NCBI GenBank assembly: GCA_038321775.1
Contig: JBBQFI010000014.1
Location: 536 to 64,535, forward strand
Length of the DNA: 64,000 bases
Direction: 5' to 3'
From: Chthoniobacterales bacterium
Lineage (GTDB): Bacteria; Verrucomicrobiota; Verrucomicrobiia; Chthoniobacterales; UBA10450
Both the position numbers and the translations under genes were made by a program. Every line of letters starts with the position of its first letter. The stretch's first letter is position 1. Below are positions 34,335 through 43,750 of this stretch, piece after piece. The notes beneath the pieces were generated by a model. It made no database searches. It saw nothing but the letters and a program-made list of their open reading frames with translations, and was not told where the DNA came from.

Positions 34335-35009
34335 TTATTGGGCGCTGGGACTGATCACGCGTGCGGTAGCGTAGAAGAGCCTAGCGGGCGACTTCGGACC
34401 TTCGGGCGTGATTGTCAGTGTTGAATTGTGCAATTTGGAATGTTCTTGCGGCAACACCTCGATTTTCCATTCCTTCGCACCGTCGCCTTTTACAACCTTG
34501 GCCGTAATGTCCGGATCGGATGACGTCACGGTCACATTTTTGACTGGAGAATCCTTTGCCGCCTTCACCGTAATTGTCTTGGGTTTCATCTTTTCGTCCT
34601 GCTTCCAGAAAACAAAAAGCGGCTGAACTTCCATTAACGTCGGAATCACGGCGTTCAGTGTCAGAACCGTTTGCGGGTTAGCCGGATCATCTGTCGCCAC
34701 CGTCAACGTTTTGTGTTGGGTTCCCGTGCGACTGCCGATACTCAACGTCGCGGTAATTTCGCCTTTGTCGCCGGGCGCGACATCTTTCGATTTCAAAGTC
34801 GCGACGGTACAACCGCACGAAGTTTGCACCGAAGCGATGTGGATCGGCTTCGAGCCTTTATTCTCGTATTTGAAATGCGCGACCGCGTTGGCGTCGTTGA
34901 ATCCAGGATGAAGCTCGACGGCGCTTTGTTCAAATTTCAACTGCGCATTCGCCACAGTCGTTAGGCAAAAAATGACGGAAAAGATAAGGAGATTTTTTGT
35001 GAAGCTCAT
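34335..35009 (-). CDS. Secreted DUF1573-domain protein
   Basis: Signal peptide from ATG 35009 (MSFTKNLLIFSVIFCLTTVANA). The SCGCT motif (VQTSCGCTVA) is typical of DUF1573. Confidence 0.75.
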   Translation of the reverse strand: MSFTKNLLIFSVIFCLTTVANAQLKFEQSAVELHPGFNDANAVAHFKYENKGSKPIHIASVQTSCGCTVATLKSKDVAPGDKGEITATLSIGSRTGTQHKTLTVATDDPANPQTVLTLNAVIPTLMEVQPLFVFWKQDEKMKPKTITVKAAKDSPVKNVTVTSSDPDITAKVVKGDGAKEWKIEVLPQEHSKLHNSTLTITPEGPKSPARLFYATARVISPSAQ

Positions 35010-35011
35010 GG

Positions 35012-35890
35012 TTAGGAATAAAACTCGGTAACATACTCGGCAACTGCATCCCGCCAATGGCGCGGAACCTTGCCCGTAAGCTGCTCATATTTTTTTGTGG
35101 CGAGCACGGTGTGAACGGGCCTGTGCGCGACCCATTGTTTCATGTCGCGCACGGAAAGCGAGCCAACAGTGCGCGCCCGCAGTGGCACTCCGGCACCGGC
35201 CGCGCAATCGATTGCCCATTGCGCGTACTCCTGCCAGCTGCAGGCTTCTGCATTGGCGAAGTGGAGGATGCCACTCGCGCTCGCCGCATCAAAAAACGCG
35301 GGCATCATTTCGGCGATGTCGCGCGTATAAGTCGGTGCGGAAAATTTATCCGACACGGCCGAAATGCTTTCGTTCTCGCGGGCCCGCTGCAGCATTTGAT
35401 CGACAAAGCTGGGTCGCTTCGGCCCGAATACCCAGGAAACGCGCAGAACCAGATGATGATCGCTCACCGAAAGGACGCGCCGCTCCCCTTCCCGCTTCGA
35501 TTCGCCGTAAAGACTGATCGGTTTCGCGAAATCCTCCTCAGTGTACGGCTCGCGCTTGTTGCCGTCGAAAACGTAATCTGTACTGACGTGAATCATCTTT
35601 GCGCCTTTCTCTGCGCAAACCTCGGCCATCACGGCCGGTGCTTCGGCGTTCAAGAGAAACGCTTCGTCGCGATGCGTTTCGCAGCGATCGACATTTGTTT
35701 GTGCCGCAGAATTGATGAGAACATCGAATTCCAGTGGCGCGAGCGTAGCGCAAAGTTGATCAAGATTTCCGAGATCGAGTTGCGCATGATTAAATCCGAT
35801 CGCGTCGAACTGTTGTTGATATTCCCGCAAAAGCGCCGCGCCAAGCCGGCCCCCCGCGCCGATGATCACGATTTTTTGTTTTGCTTCCAA
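35012..35890 (-). CDS. rfbD: dTDP-4-dehydrorhamnose reductase
   Basis: 292 aa. IIGAGGRLG Rossmann start, STDYVFDG, and YGESKREGE catalytic motifs. Confidence 0.9.
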   Translation of the reverse strand: MEAKQKIVIIGAGGRLGAALLREYQQQFDAIGFNHAQLDLGNLDQLCATLAPLEFDVLINSAAQTNVDRCETHRDEAFLLNAEAPAVMAEVCAEKGAKMIHVSTDYVFDGNKREPYTEEDFAKPISLYGESKREGERRVLSVSDHHLVLRVSWVFGPKRPSFVDQMLQRARENESISAVSDKFSAPTYTRDIAEMMPAFFDAASASGILHFANAEACSWQEYAQWAIDCAAGAGVPLRARTVGSLSVRDMKQWVAHRPVHTVLATKKYEQLTGKVPRHWRDAVAEYVTEFYS

Positions 35891-36081
35891 GAAAAAGACT
35901 CAGTGAAAAACTTTGCTTTGCTGCGCCCAGATGAAACACAGACGGCAGCATCCAGCAAGTGCGCGATATCACTTCAATCACGCTGAATGTCTTCACCTCT
36001 GGCGGCCAAGGGCGATTCCGCTTGATTCGTTTGTGCGCGGGTGCGCGCCGTAAAGAGGTGTGATGAGGCCCAAAAGCGAGC

Positions 36082-36108
36082 CGCCGGGATCGATTACCGA
36101 TCCCGGCG
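36082..36108 (-). terminator. Hairpin/terminator candidate downstream of the 756-aa secreted-protein gene
   Basis: Perfect 11-bp stem cgccgggatcg/cgatcccggcg with a 5-nt loop. On the minus strand it is followed by gctcgcttttg. Confidence 0.5.
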
Positions 36109-36140
36109 ACACACCAATTAAAGATGTTCTGCGCAGACCG

Positions 36141-38411
36141 TTACGGCAGCGCCATACCGGACCTGGACTTTACTAGACTGACATCGCCAGAGTTAACCGA
36201 ACCGTTTGTATTAACATCCTCGCGGAAGTTGGACCCTGTTACCGCCGATCCCGATTGCGATTTGGTTTGGGAAACGTCGGAGGAGTTCACATTACCGTCC
36301 CCGGTCGTATCACCCAACAAGAACGCTACTGGAATAGCTACGTTGCCAGCATTCACGCCATCGTTTGCACCTAGTGTGATTGTTAAACGTTGAGCGTCAG
36401 TTACCCCTGACAAGTTCACCGTCACCTGAGAGCCACTTACCGACGTGCTAGCAACAGTGCCCGTACCAGATGTGACTGATGCGAAACTCACGGTGACGGG
36501 ATTCACAAAAGTCACGATGATCTGATGCTGACCCGCGGTTGGGCCTGTGCGGTCTTCGACTCCGGGGTCCCCGCTGAGTGGCAGAGGAACATCGAAGTCC
36601 ATTACGCCGGTGTGATTTTTACGAGAGACTGCGCTGACGACGGCCGGCGCCGTGAATTTAAAGGTGCCGATGCGTGTATTCCAAGCCGCAGCGGCTATTG
36701 CAGAATAATATTCGTTCGTATGCCAGAAGGTCAGCCCGTCTGTCGGATCAACGAAGAGAGAACTGTAATCTCCCCAGCGTCCGCTGGTACTAGTTTGATG
36801 GCCGCCTCCTGCTTGCATGATCGCTTCGCCTTCCGTGAGGCTGTTCAGCGGATCACCCGCAAGACGACCTGCATATCGGATGGAGGGCTCGGTCGTGGTG
36901 CTCGAAGCCGTGTAACCAATCGCCATATTACCTTGTGCGTCCAGCGCAATGCTCGGCATCCAGCGCCATAGGCCGTCGGCAGCATTGGTCCACGTCTGTT
37001 GCTGTGCTGGCGTCGCGGGAATAACTCCGCCCGTAACATTGAACTGATACCAGCGAATTCCAGTCGGACCGGTACCGCCCTGATTGTTGTTAACTGTCTG
37101 ATCCGCCCACAAAGACTCCGTACCGCCAAGGTTTTGATAAACCAAGGGATACATGATCTTGTCGCCAAGGGTATCAAGGTAACGATTGGTCGTGACCACG
37201 GGTTCGGGTACGAGGTTGCTGGTCGTAGTGAATGCATCAACAAAGCCGTTAACCGTAATGTTTGCGTCCGCTGCATGAGTTGCGCCAGATCCGAAAGTAG
37301 AGTTGGCTGGAATCGCAAAATCAACGTGAAAGCGCCACACATGAACCTGGGTTTGGACTACGCCGGCAGCGGAAGGGCTATCTACCGCGAGTAAATATTC
37401 AGCCGTACCTACCGGGGGAGGACTTCCAGTTCGGAAGCTCGCCGGCACAAGGCTATAGCTGTCACCGAGAGTCGCAGGATCGATTGAGAAGGCGATCGCG
37501 CCAGGGTTGGGGGCGCCAGTGCCATTGATCATATCGTTGCGCGGAAGCGCATAAACACGCACGCCGTTAAACGTCGTGTTATTAGAGAACATATTGACCG
37601 TCATATAATACGCATCGGGCCACATCCCGAACTTGGGATAGTCGCCGAGGTAGGTTGGATTAGATGGATCCACTTGGAGGGCGTAAAGCCACCAACCACC
37701 CGATACTGGGTTGCTCGTCTTGGACACGCCGAAACATTGATAGAATGAGGTGCCAGGAAACGCAGGAAAGGCGAAGTCGCTGATAACCCAGCGATCAGCG
37801 AGATGATCATAGAAAACGACAGCGTCGCCGTCATTTTGATTGTTGCCGCACGGATTACCGGCGCCTAAAGGAGCAAAGAAGGTGTTGTAAGTCGTCGGAG
37901 CCAGAAGCTCGTTTCCCGACTTATCGAGAATCTTGAAACGAGAATTAACAGCTTGAATGTAATGGTTAGGTCCCACATCGCCGTCCGTGTCGGGAGGTAG
38001 GCATCCGCATGCGCTCTGAGCCGATGTGATGCCAGGATACGTCGCCGATGGTGTCGGCATAGCGATGGCTTCGATCGTTTTTCTTACAGCCCGAATTGGG
38101 TCATTCGTCGTTATCTTTCCCGGTCTTGTAAATGGGTGACGCCGCAAGGGCTGCTCGTTCTCCGCCTCGAGTTGCGGAATCTCAGGAAGCGCGCGCAGAT
38201 CTCGATCTTGCGAAACAGGTCCGATCATTCGCACCAACTCTCCCTTGCTCATAACTTTCTGGTTCCCCTTTGGCTTCTGAGCTAAAGCCGAAGGTCCCGA
38301 ATACATACTGAAGGCAACCAGGGCAATAAGAGCTCCTAGAAAACAAAGGAAAGAACTCAAGAGAAAGCGCGGATTAAAGAAGGCCGATTTGGAAATAAAT
38401 TTCTTTTTCAT
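36141..38411 (-). CDS. Large secreted protein with C-terminal dockerin-like repeats
   Basis: 756 aa. N-terminal signal anchor. The C-terminus carries two EF-hand-like repeats (GDTTGDGNVNSSDV, DVNTNGSVNSGDV) of dockerin type I style. The central region was not recognised. Confidence 0.6.
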   Translation of the reverse strand: MKKKFISKSAFFNPRFLLSSFLCFLGALIALVAFSMYSGPSALAQKPKGNQKVMSKGELVRMIGPVSQDRDLRALPEIPQLEAENEQPLRRHPFTRPGKITTNDPIRAVRKTIEAIAMPTPSATYPGITSAQSACGCLPPDTDGDVGPNHYIQAVNSRFKILDKSGNELLAPTTYNTFFAPLGAGNPCGNNQNDGDAVVFYDHLADRWVISDFAFPAFPGTSFYQCFGVSKTSNPVSGGWWLYALQVDPSNPTYLGDYPKFGMWPDAYYMTVNMFSNNTTFNGVRVYALPRNDMINGTGAPNPGAIAFSIDPATLGDSYSLVPASFRTGSPPPVGTAEYLLAVDSPSAAGVVQTQVHVWRFHVDFAIPANSTFGSGATHAADANITVNGFVDAFTTTSNLVPEPVVTTNRYLDTLGDKIMYPLVYQNLGGTESLWADQTVNNNQGGTGPTGIRWYQFNVTGGVIPATPAQQQTWTNAADGLWRWMPSIALDAQGNMAIGYTASSTTTEPSIRYAGRLAGDPLNSLTEGEAIMQAGGGHQTSTSGRWGDYSSLFVDPTDGLTFWHTNEYYSAIAAAAWNTRIGTFKFTAPAVVSAVSRKNHTGVMDFDVPLPLSGDPGVEDRTGPTAGQHQIIVTFVNPVTVSFASVTSGTGTVASTSVSGSQVTVNLSGVTDAQRLTITLGANDGVNAGNVAIPVAFLLGDTTGDGNVNSSDVSQTKSQSGSAVTGSNFREDVNTNGSVNSGDVSLVKSRSGMALP

Positions 38412-38737
38412 AGTAAGGTAAATAAGTGTCGTATATGCATTGGTCTGCGCGGATACTCACTTATTTAACGTGTTTGTCACGTTTCTTAAGATTACAAATT
38501 AGTAATGTGAAAACGGGCCGACTCCCGGCTGACCCTCCGTTCGCCAAGCGATTGCTGAGATCTAAGTGATCGTCGTTCGATCGTGCGCGAAATTATGCAA
38601 AACGTTTCCAACTAATGGGATAACTCAACGATTCAATCGATGCCCGCGCACGCCGTGCAAGTCGATCTCAAACGGACAATCAGACCTATCAGTTAATCAG
38701 GCTACCGAAAATGGGACTTACTCTATAGGTCGAGTAA

Positions 38738-39075
38738 CTAGTCGATAGCATAAACCTCGATCAGAGCTATTCCCGAGCTGCCATTCTTCCCCACGCACAA
38801 TAGCCGTGTAGGGGCCCGGCTCCAAAGTGGCGACGATCGCTGACTCTGCGTTGTTCTGAGGAGGTATTGTAGTAGCAATAATCTCGGATTCTCGCGTCGA
38901 ACGCCAGTCGTCATTGGAGCTAACAAGTGCTCCAAATGGATCTCGCAGCTCCAGAGTAGGGTTCGCTAGCTTCTCGAAAGAGTCAAAGACGGTCCAATCG
39001 CGCGGATGATTACTTTTTGTTTTCCGGTCCCAACAATGATGAATCCTCCGATCAAGACATTGTCGTTCGTTTGCA
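38738..39075 (-). pseudogene. Frameshifted remnant of the C-terminal domain of a secreted protein
   Basis: Own minus-strand translation gives three pieces in different frames. These are VQTNDNVLIGGFIIVGTGKQKVIIRAIGPSLTLSRS-stop, ANPTLELRDPFGALVSSNDDWRSTRESEIIATTIPPQNNAESAIVATLEPGPYTAIVRGEE, and GKNGSSGIALIEVYAID-stop. Together they resemble one continuous beta-rich C-terminal domain interrupted by a stop and a frameshift. Confidence 0.45.
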
Positions 39076-39155
39076 CTAATCCTGAGTCGGAACGTTCGCG
39101 AGTTTCCCGTCCGTGTTCAGATTAAGATCGTACTCTTCTACTAATGCTAATAATG

Positions 39156-40145
39156 CTAATACCGGCCCGTCCGCTCCAGAAGCGGTTCCCACCAAGCACG
39201 ATTGTTGAGATACCAATCGACCGTCGCTTCGAGTCCTTCACGGAAATTATTTAGCGGCTTCCAATTCAACTCGCGCTTCGCAAAACTGGAATCGATCGCA
39301 TAGCGGCGGTCATGACCAAGCCGGTCAATCACAAACGAAATAAGGCTGCGAGGTTTCCCAAGCTTATCCAGAATGAGCTTTACCGTTTCCAGGTTAGGCA
39401 TCTCGCTATCGCCGCCGAAGTTGTAAACGCTTCCCGGCTTACCCTCGAACAACACTGCTACAATTGCCGAGCAATGGTCCTCCACATGAATCCAATCGCG
39501 CACATTCATACCATCGCCATAAACCGGCAGCGGTTCATCGCGCATCGCCTTGACGATCATGAGCGGAATCAATTTTTCCGGAAACTGATACGGGCCGTAG
39601 TTGTTTGAGCAACGCGTTACCAGAACTTCCTGGCCATAAGTCTTATGATAACTCAGCGCGACAAGGTCGGCACCGGCCTTACTAGCCGAATAAGGCGAAC
39701 TTGGATCAAGCGGAGATTGCTCGGTAAACTTTCCATCCTTGCCTAACGAACCGTAAACTTCATCGGTTGATATTTGAACGAAGCGCTGGACGCCATGCCG
39801 GCGCGCACAATCCAAAAGAACGCTCGTTCCGACGACATTCGTGTGAACGAAGTTTTGCGGCGAATTAATACTGCGATCGACATGCGATTCGGCGGCGAAG
39901 TTGATCACGGCATAAAACGAATGCTCCGTCATGAGGGCATCCATTTGGTCGGCGCTTGCGATATCTGCTTTAAAGAATTCATAGCGGTCGCCATGATCCT
40001 CGGCTACCCCGTTGAGGTTGGCGAGGTTGCCAGCGTAGGTCAGCACATCAACATTTGTCACCGAGGCCGGCTTGTAATGTTCCAAAATGTAGCGAATAAA
40101 GTTGCTCCCGATGAATCCACAGCCACCAGTGACTAAAACACGCAT
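39156..40145 (-). CDS. rfbB: dTDP-glucose 4,6-dehydratase
   Basis: Start taken at the internal ATG 40145 (MRVLVTGGCGFIGSNF). YSASKAGAD catalytic motif and HVDRSI. Confidence 0.9.
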   Translation of the reverse strand: MRVLVTGGCGFIGSNFIRYILEHYKPASVTNVDVLTYAGNLANLNGVAEDHGDRYEFFKADIASADQMDALMTEHSFYAVINFAAESHVDRSINSPQNFVHTNVVGTSVLLDCARRHGVQRFVQISTDEVYGSLGKDGKFTEQSPLDPSSPYSASKAGADLVALSYHKTYGQEVLVTRCSNNYGPYQFPEKLIPLMIVKAMRDEPLPVYGDGMNVRDWIHVEDHCSAIVAVLFEGKPGSVYNFGGDSEMPNLETVKLILDKLGKPRSLISFVIDRLGHDRRYAIDSSFAKRELNWKPLNNFREGLEATVDWYLNNRAWWEPLLERTGRY

Positions 40146-40218
40146 TGCAGCGCGTACTAGCAGCACTGATCCGACCGCGCTAGCAGATTTTCCGACGTGG
40201 CGGGAGCGCGCGGCGCAA

Positions 40219-41877
40219 ATGGATTGGACGCCGTGGCTGATCGTCGCCCTCGGCGCGTTTCTACGAATCCTATTGCTCGGCATTAAGCCGCCGCATTTTG
40301 ACGAAGGCATCAACGGTTGGTTCGTCGATCAAATGACCAAAACCGGTTTTTACCGGTACGATCCGACGAACTACCACGGACCGCTGCATTTCTACGTGTT
40401 GTTTCTTTCGCAAACGCTTTTTGGCCGAAACCTTTGGGCATTACGGATGCCGGTCGTGCTTGTAAGCATTGCCTCTATTTACCTCGTCCTTAAATTTGAG
40501 ATCCTGGTCGGCCGAAATGTGGCGCGCCTAGCCGCGCTCGCCATGGCCGTTTCGCCCGGCTTTGTTTTTTACGGCCGATATTCCATTCACGAAGTCTGGC
40601 TGCTCTTATTTACGATGTTGTTTGCTTTGGGATTACTTGGGCTCTGGAAGTTCGGCACGACTAATTATCTTTGGTTTGCCGGCATGGGTCTGACCGGAAT
40701 GGTTCTAACAAAAGAGACCTATATTATTCATCTCGCCTGCGCAGTTTTGGCCGTGCCAGCACTTTGGTTATCACACAAGATTGTGCCGATGGAGAATCTT
40801 ACAATCGCGCGGCAGCGATGGACCAGGGTCGATCTAATAGCAGTAATCACGGCAGGTATGGGTCTGATTATTTTCTTCTACTCCGGCACGTTTTTTAACT
40901 GGCAAGGACTTAAGGGCATCTACCAAACATTCGCGACCTGGTTTCAGACCGGTGCAAACGGCAATGGCCACGAAAAGCCCTGGTATTACTGGCTTGAGCT
41001 CATAGGTCGGTATGAGTGGCCGGTGGCCGTCGGTCTTGCGTACTGCTTACGAAGTCTTTGGATTCGAAATCCAATCGTTCTCAAGATCGCTGTCCTGACA
41101 ATCATTGCTGCAGTCGTTGCTCAATCGATCTTCTGCGTTCTGATGTTGACTCACTCTATAAGCCTGGGAATCGACAACCCACTTTTCTGGTTGCCGTCTG
41201 CCATCAGTCTCGCAATTCTTTTAGGCCTTGGCAGCGCCTGTATTGGTAACTTCACGCTACGAGCAATTGCCATCTACGCAGTTGGGGTTCTTATCGTCTA
41301 CAGTGTCATTAACTATAAGACGCCCTGGTGTATCATTAGCATAACCTGGCCATTTTTGTTTCTTTTCGGTGCGCTTATTTCGGTTGTACCTTTACGATAT
41401 GAAAGACTCCGTAACACTATTGCCGCCATCCTTTTTTCTATCTCGTTAGGTTTGTGTACTTGGTTGAACTATTTCCGCTACACCACAGACTCCGAACCCT
41501 ACGTCTATGTCCAAACCTACAAAGACATCCGCGAACTCACGACTCCGCTGCTAAAACTCGCTCATCGCAATCCCATTTATTATCAACTTGTTGGACACAT
41601 GATTCGCACCAGCGCCTATCCATTTCCTTGGATTCTTGGGGATTTTCCGCGGATCGGCTACTATGAACACGACAATTTGCCAGACAAGGTGGACGCTGAT
41701 TTTCTTCTCGTGGAGGAAGATCGTATTGCGGCAGTGGAAAAGAAACTGCACGATCCCTATTACACAATGCCGCTAACTATTCGTCCTTACCAGGACACTT
41801 CTAAACTCTATCTTAGCGCCAAGACTTTTAAGGAATTTTTTCAAGATCGTCAGCCTGACTTTCACGGCGCGAAGTAA
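40219..41877 (+). CDS. Polytopic GT-C-type glycosyltransferase-like membrane protein (GT39/TIGR03663-like)
   Basis: At least 10 hydrophobic helices. KPPHFDEGINGWF and YDPTNYHGPLHFY near the N-terminus resemble the first periplasmic loop of ArnT/PMT-like enzymes. Start uncertain (40102..40219). Confidence 0.55.
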   Translation: MDWTPWLIVALGAFLRILLLGIKPPHFDEGINGWFVDQMTKTGFYRYDPTNYHGPLHFYVLFLSQTLFGRNLWALRMPVVLVSIASIYLVLKFEILVGRNVARLAALAMAVSPGFVFYGRYSIHEVWLLLFTMLFALGLLGLWKFGTTNYLWFAGMGLTGMVLTKETYIIHLACAVLAVPALWLSHKIVPMENLTIARQRWTRVDLIAVITAGMGLIIFFYSGTFFNWQGLKGIYQTFATWFQTGANGNGHEKPWYYWLELIGRYEWPVAVGLAYCLRSLWIRNPIVLKIAVLTIIAAVVAQSIFCVLMLTHSISLGIDNPLFWLPSAISLAILLGLGSACIGNFTLRAIAIYAVGVLIVYSVINYKTPWCIISITWPFLFLFGALISVVPLRYERLRNTIAAILFSISLGLCTWLNYFRYTTDSEPYVYVQTYKDIRELTTPLLKLAHRNPIYYQLVGHMIRTSAYPFPWILGDFPRIGYYEHDNLPDKVDADFLLVEEDRIAAVEKKLHDPYYTMPLTIRPYQDTSKLYLSAKTFKEFFQDRQPDFHGAK

Positions 41878-41893
41878 GAGCTGCTAATACGAG

Positions 41894-43750
41894 ATGAAAT
41901 GCCTTGGCGCTGGGTTGGTTTTCGTTAATTTCGCCACCGTTTGCGCGCTACTGCTCGGCATCGCTCTTGGCGGATTAAGCACAGCGACAGCTTTACTTTC
42001 TCTGTGCATCGGAATTTTCGCCGCCTTTTTCGCTTACCGAACAATATGCGATCCAGACCTTCGGCTTGAGCCCGTCGGAAAAGAAGCAAAACGATCAAAG
42101 GAGGGGCGAAAAACTGCGAAACAAGTTAGTCCACGAAGTCGTAAATCGATTTGGTTTTGGTTGCTGGCAGTTTGTTTCGCACTGTTCGCAATCCGTTCCT
42201 TTTGCTGGTTGCTCTTTATTGAGGGCGATCAGTTAAAGATTCAATCAACGAATAACCTTGGCGACATTGCGCTGCATATCACTTATATCCGCAACTTCGC
42301 CAACGGCATCGCGCTGTGGCCAGAGAACCCAATCTACGTTTTCAGTTCCGTTCGTTATCCGGCCGGGATCGATCTTTTCAACGCGCTGCTCTTGTTAGTC
42401 GGAGTGGACCTTCGACACGGGTTGATCTGGGTTGGTTTGCTTACATCGCTTGCAACCTTTTATGCCTTCTGGCGTTGGGCCGGCTCCTTTGGCATTGCCG
42501 GTTTTCTCTTTAACGGTGGCTTAGTCGGCTTTCAGATCTTTACCACGCGAACCTGGTCCGATTTCCAGAGCGAACCATGGATCGCATGGAAAAGCATTCC
42601 GTTGGCTATGTTCGTGACTCAACGTGGATTGCTTTATGCCATTCCGGTTGGCGTTCTGCTTCTTTATCAGTGGCGTGCAAAATTTTTCGGCAGCGATGGT
42701 CAATCCCCAGCCGACTCATCGCGCGCAGCCTTACCTTTTTGGCTTGAGTGCTCGCTCTATGCTTCGATGCCGCTCTTTCATTTGCATACGTTCCTGGCGC
42801 TTTCTATCGCGCTCGCTTTTTGGTTCTTAATTGGAAGCGCAACTGTGCGAAAACAACTGCTCCTCCTTGTAGGTTGCGCGTTAGTGCCTGCTACTTTTTT
42901 TGTGTGGTTAATTACCGATCATTTCCAGGCGAGTTCCATCCTGGCATTCAAAGCCGGCTGGGTTCAGCCCGTGGGACCGAATAACGACTTCGGTCGACCG
43001 TTTTTCCAGTTCTGGTTCTTAAACTTCGGACTTTGGCTCCCGCTTGTTTTATTGTTAATCGGTATCTTTGCCTGGCGCTGGTGGAAAGGCGGCGAGCGTT
43101 CTATTTTCAAACTGCCAACCAATCTCGCCTTCTTAATTCCCGCAGCCACAATTTTTCTCCTAGCCTGTTTCGTAAAGACCGCGCCGTGGGATTGGGACAA
43201 TACAAAAATCATCATCTGGTCTTACTTCATGGTTCTGCCATTTCTTTGGGAAGACCTGATCGCACGTTGGCCGGAATCAATCAGAGCTGGCGTTTGTGTG
43301 ATGCTCTTTGGCTCGGGATTCGTTAGTCTCTTCGGCGGGCTAGCTGCGCCGGGTTATGACTTCGCCACGCGCAGCGAAATTGATGGAGTTGCCGTTGGCC
43401 TTCGAAAGCTGCCGATAGAAGCACGATTCGCCGCGTTTCCTACCTATAACCATCCGCTCTTGTTGAACGGGCGAAAAGTCATCCTTGGTTACCCGGGCCA
43501 TCTCTGGACGCAAGGATTCGATTACGGAAAAGTAAACGACCAGCTCACGGCGCTGATGAACGGGGCGCCGAATTGGCGCCAGCTCGCTCACGGTCTTAAA
43601 ACTCGTTACCTTTTTTGGGGACGTGAAGAAAAGACGAACTACACAACAAGCTCGCGTCCGTGGGAGAGACAAATGACCCCAGTTGCCAGCGGATCGTGGG
43701 GAGCAATCTACGACCTAGAACCAAATCAACTCACGGTTAACAAACGATAA
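41894..43750 (+). CDS. Large polytopic membrane protein, possibly second GT-C-like enzyme
   Basis: 618 aa, many TM helices plus a soluble C-terminal domain. No specific family recognised. Co-oriented with, and 16 nt after, the previous gene. Confidence 0.45.
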   Translation: MKCLGAGLVFVNFATVCALLLGIALGGLSTATALLSLCIGIFAAFFAYRTICDPDLRLEPVGKEAKRSKEGRKTAKQVSPRSRKSIWFWLLAVCFALFAIRSFCWLLFIEGDQLKIQSTNNLGDIALHITYIRNFANGIALWPENPIYVFSSVRYPAGIDLFNALLLLVGVDLRHGLIWVGLLTSLATFYAFWRWAGSFGIAGFLFNGGLVGFQIFTTRTWSDFQSEPWIAWKSIPLAMFVTQRGLLYAIPVGVLLLYQWRAKFFGSDGQSPADSSRAALPFWLECSLYASMPLFHLHTFLALSIALAFWFLIGSATVRKQLLLLVGCALVPATFFVWLITDHFQASSILAFKAGWVQPVGPNNDFGRPFFQFWFLNFGLWLPLVLLLIGIFAWRWWKGGERSIFKLPTNLAFLIPAATIFLLACFVKTAPWDWDNTKIIIWSYFMVLPFLWEDLIARWPESIRAGVCVMLFGSGFVSLFGGLAAPGYDFATRSEIDGVAVGLRKLPIEARFAAFPTYNHPLLLNGRKVILGYPGHLWTQGFDYGKVNDQLTALMNGAPNWRQLAHGLKTRYLFWGREEKTNYTTSSRPWERQMTPVASGSWGAIYDLEPNQLTVNKR

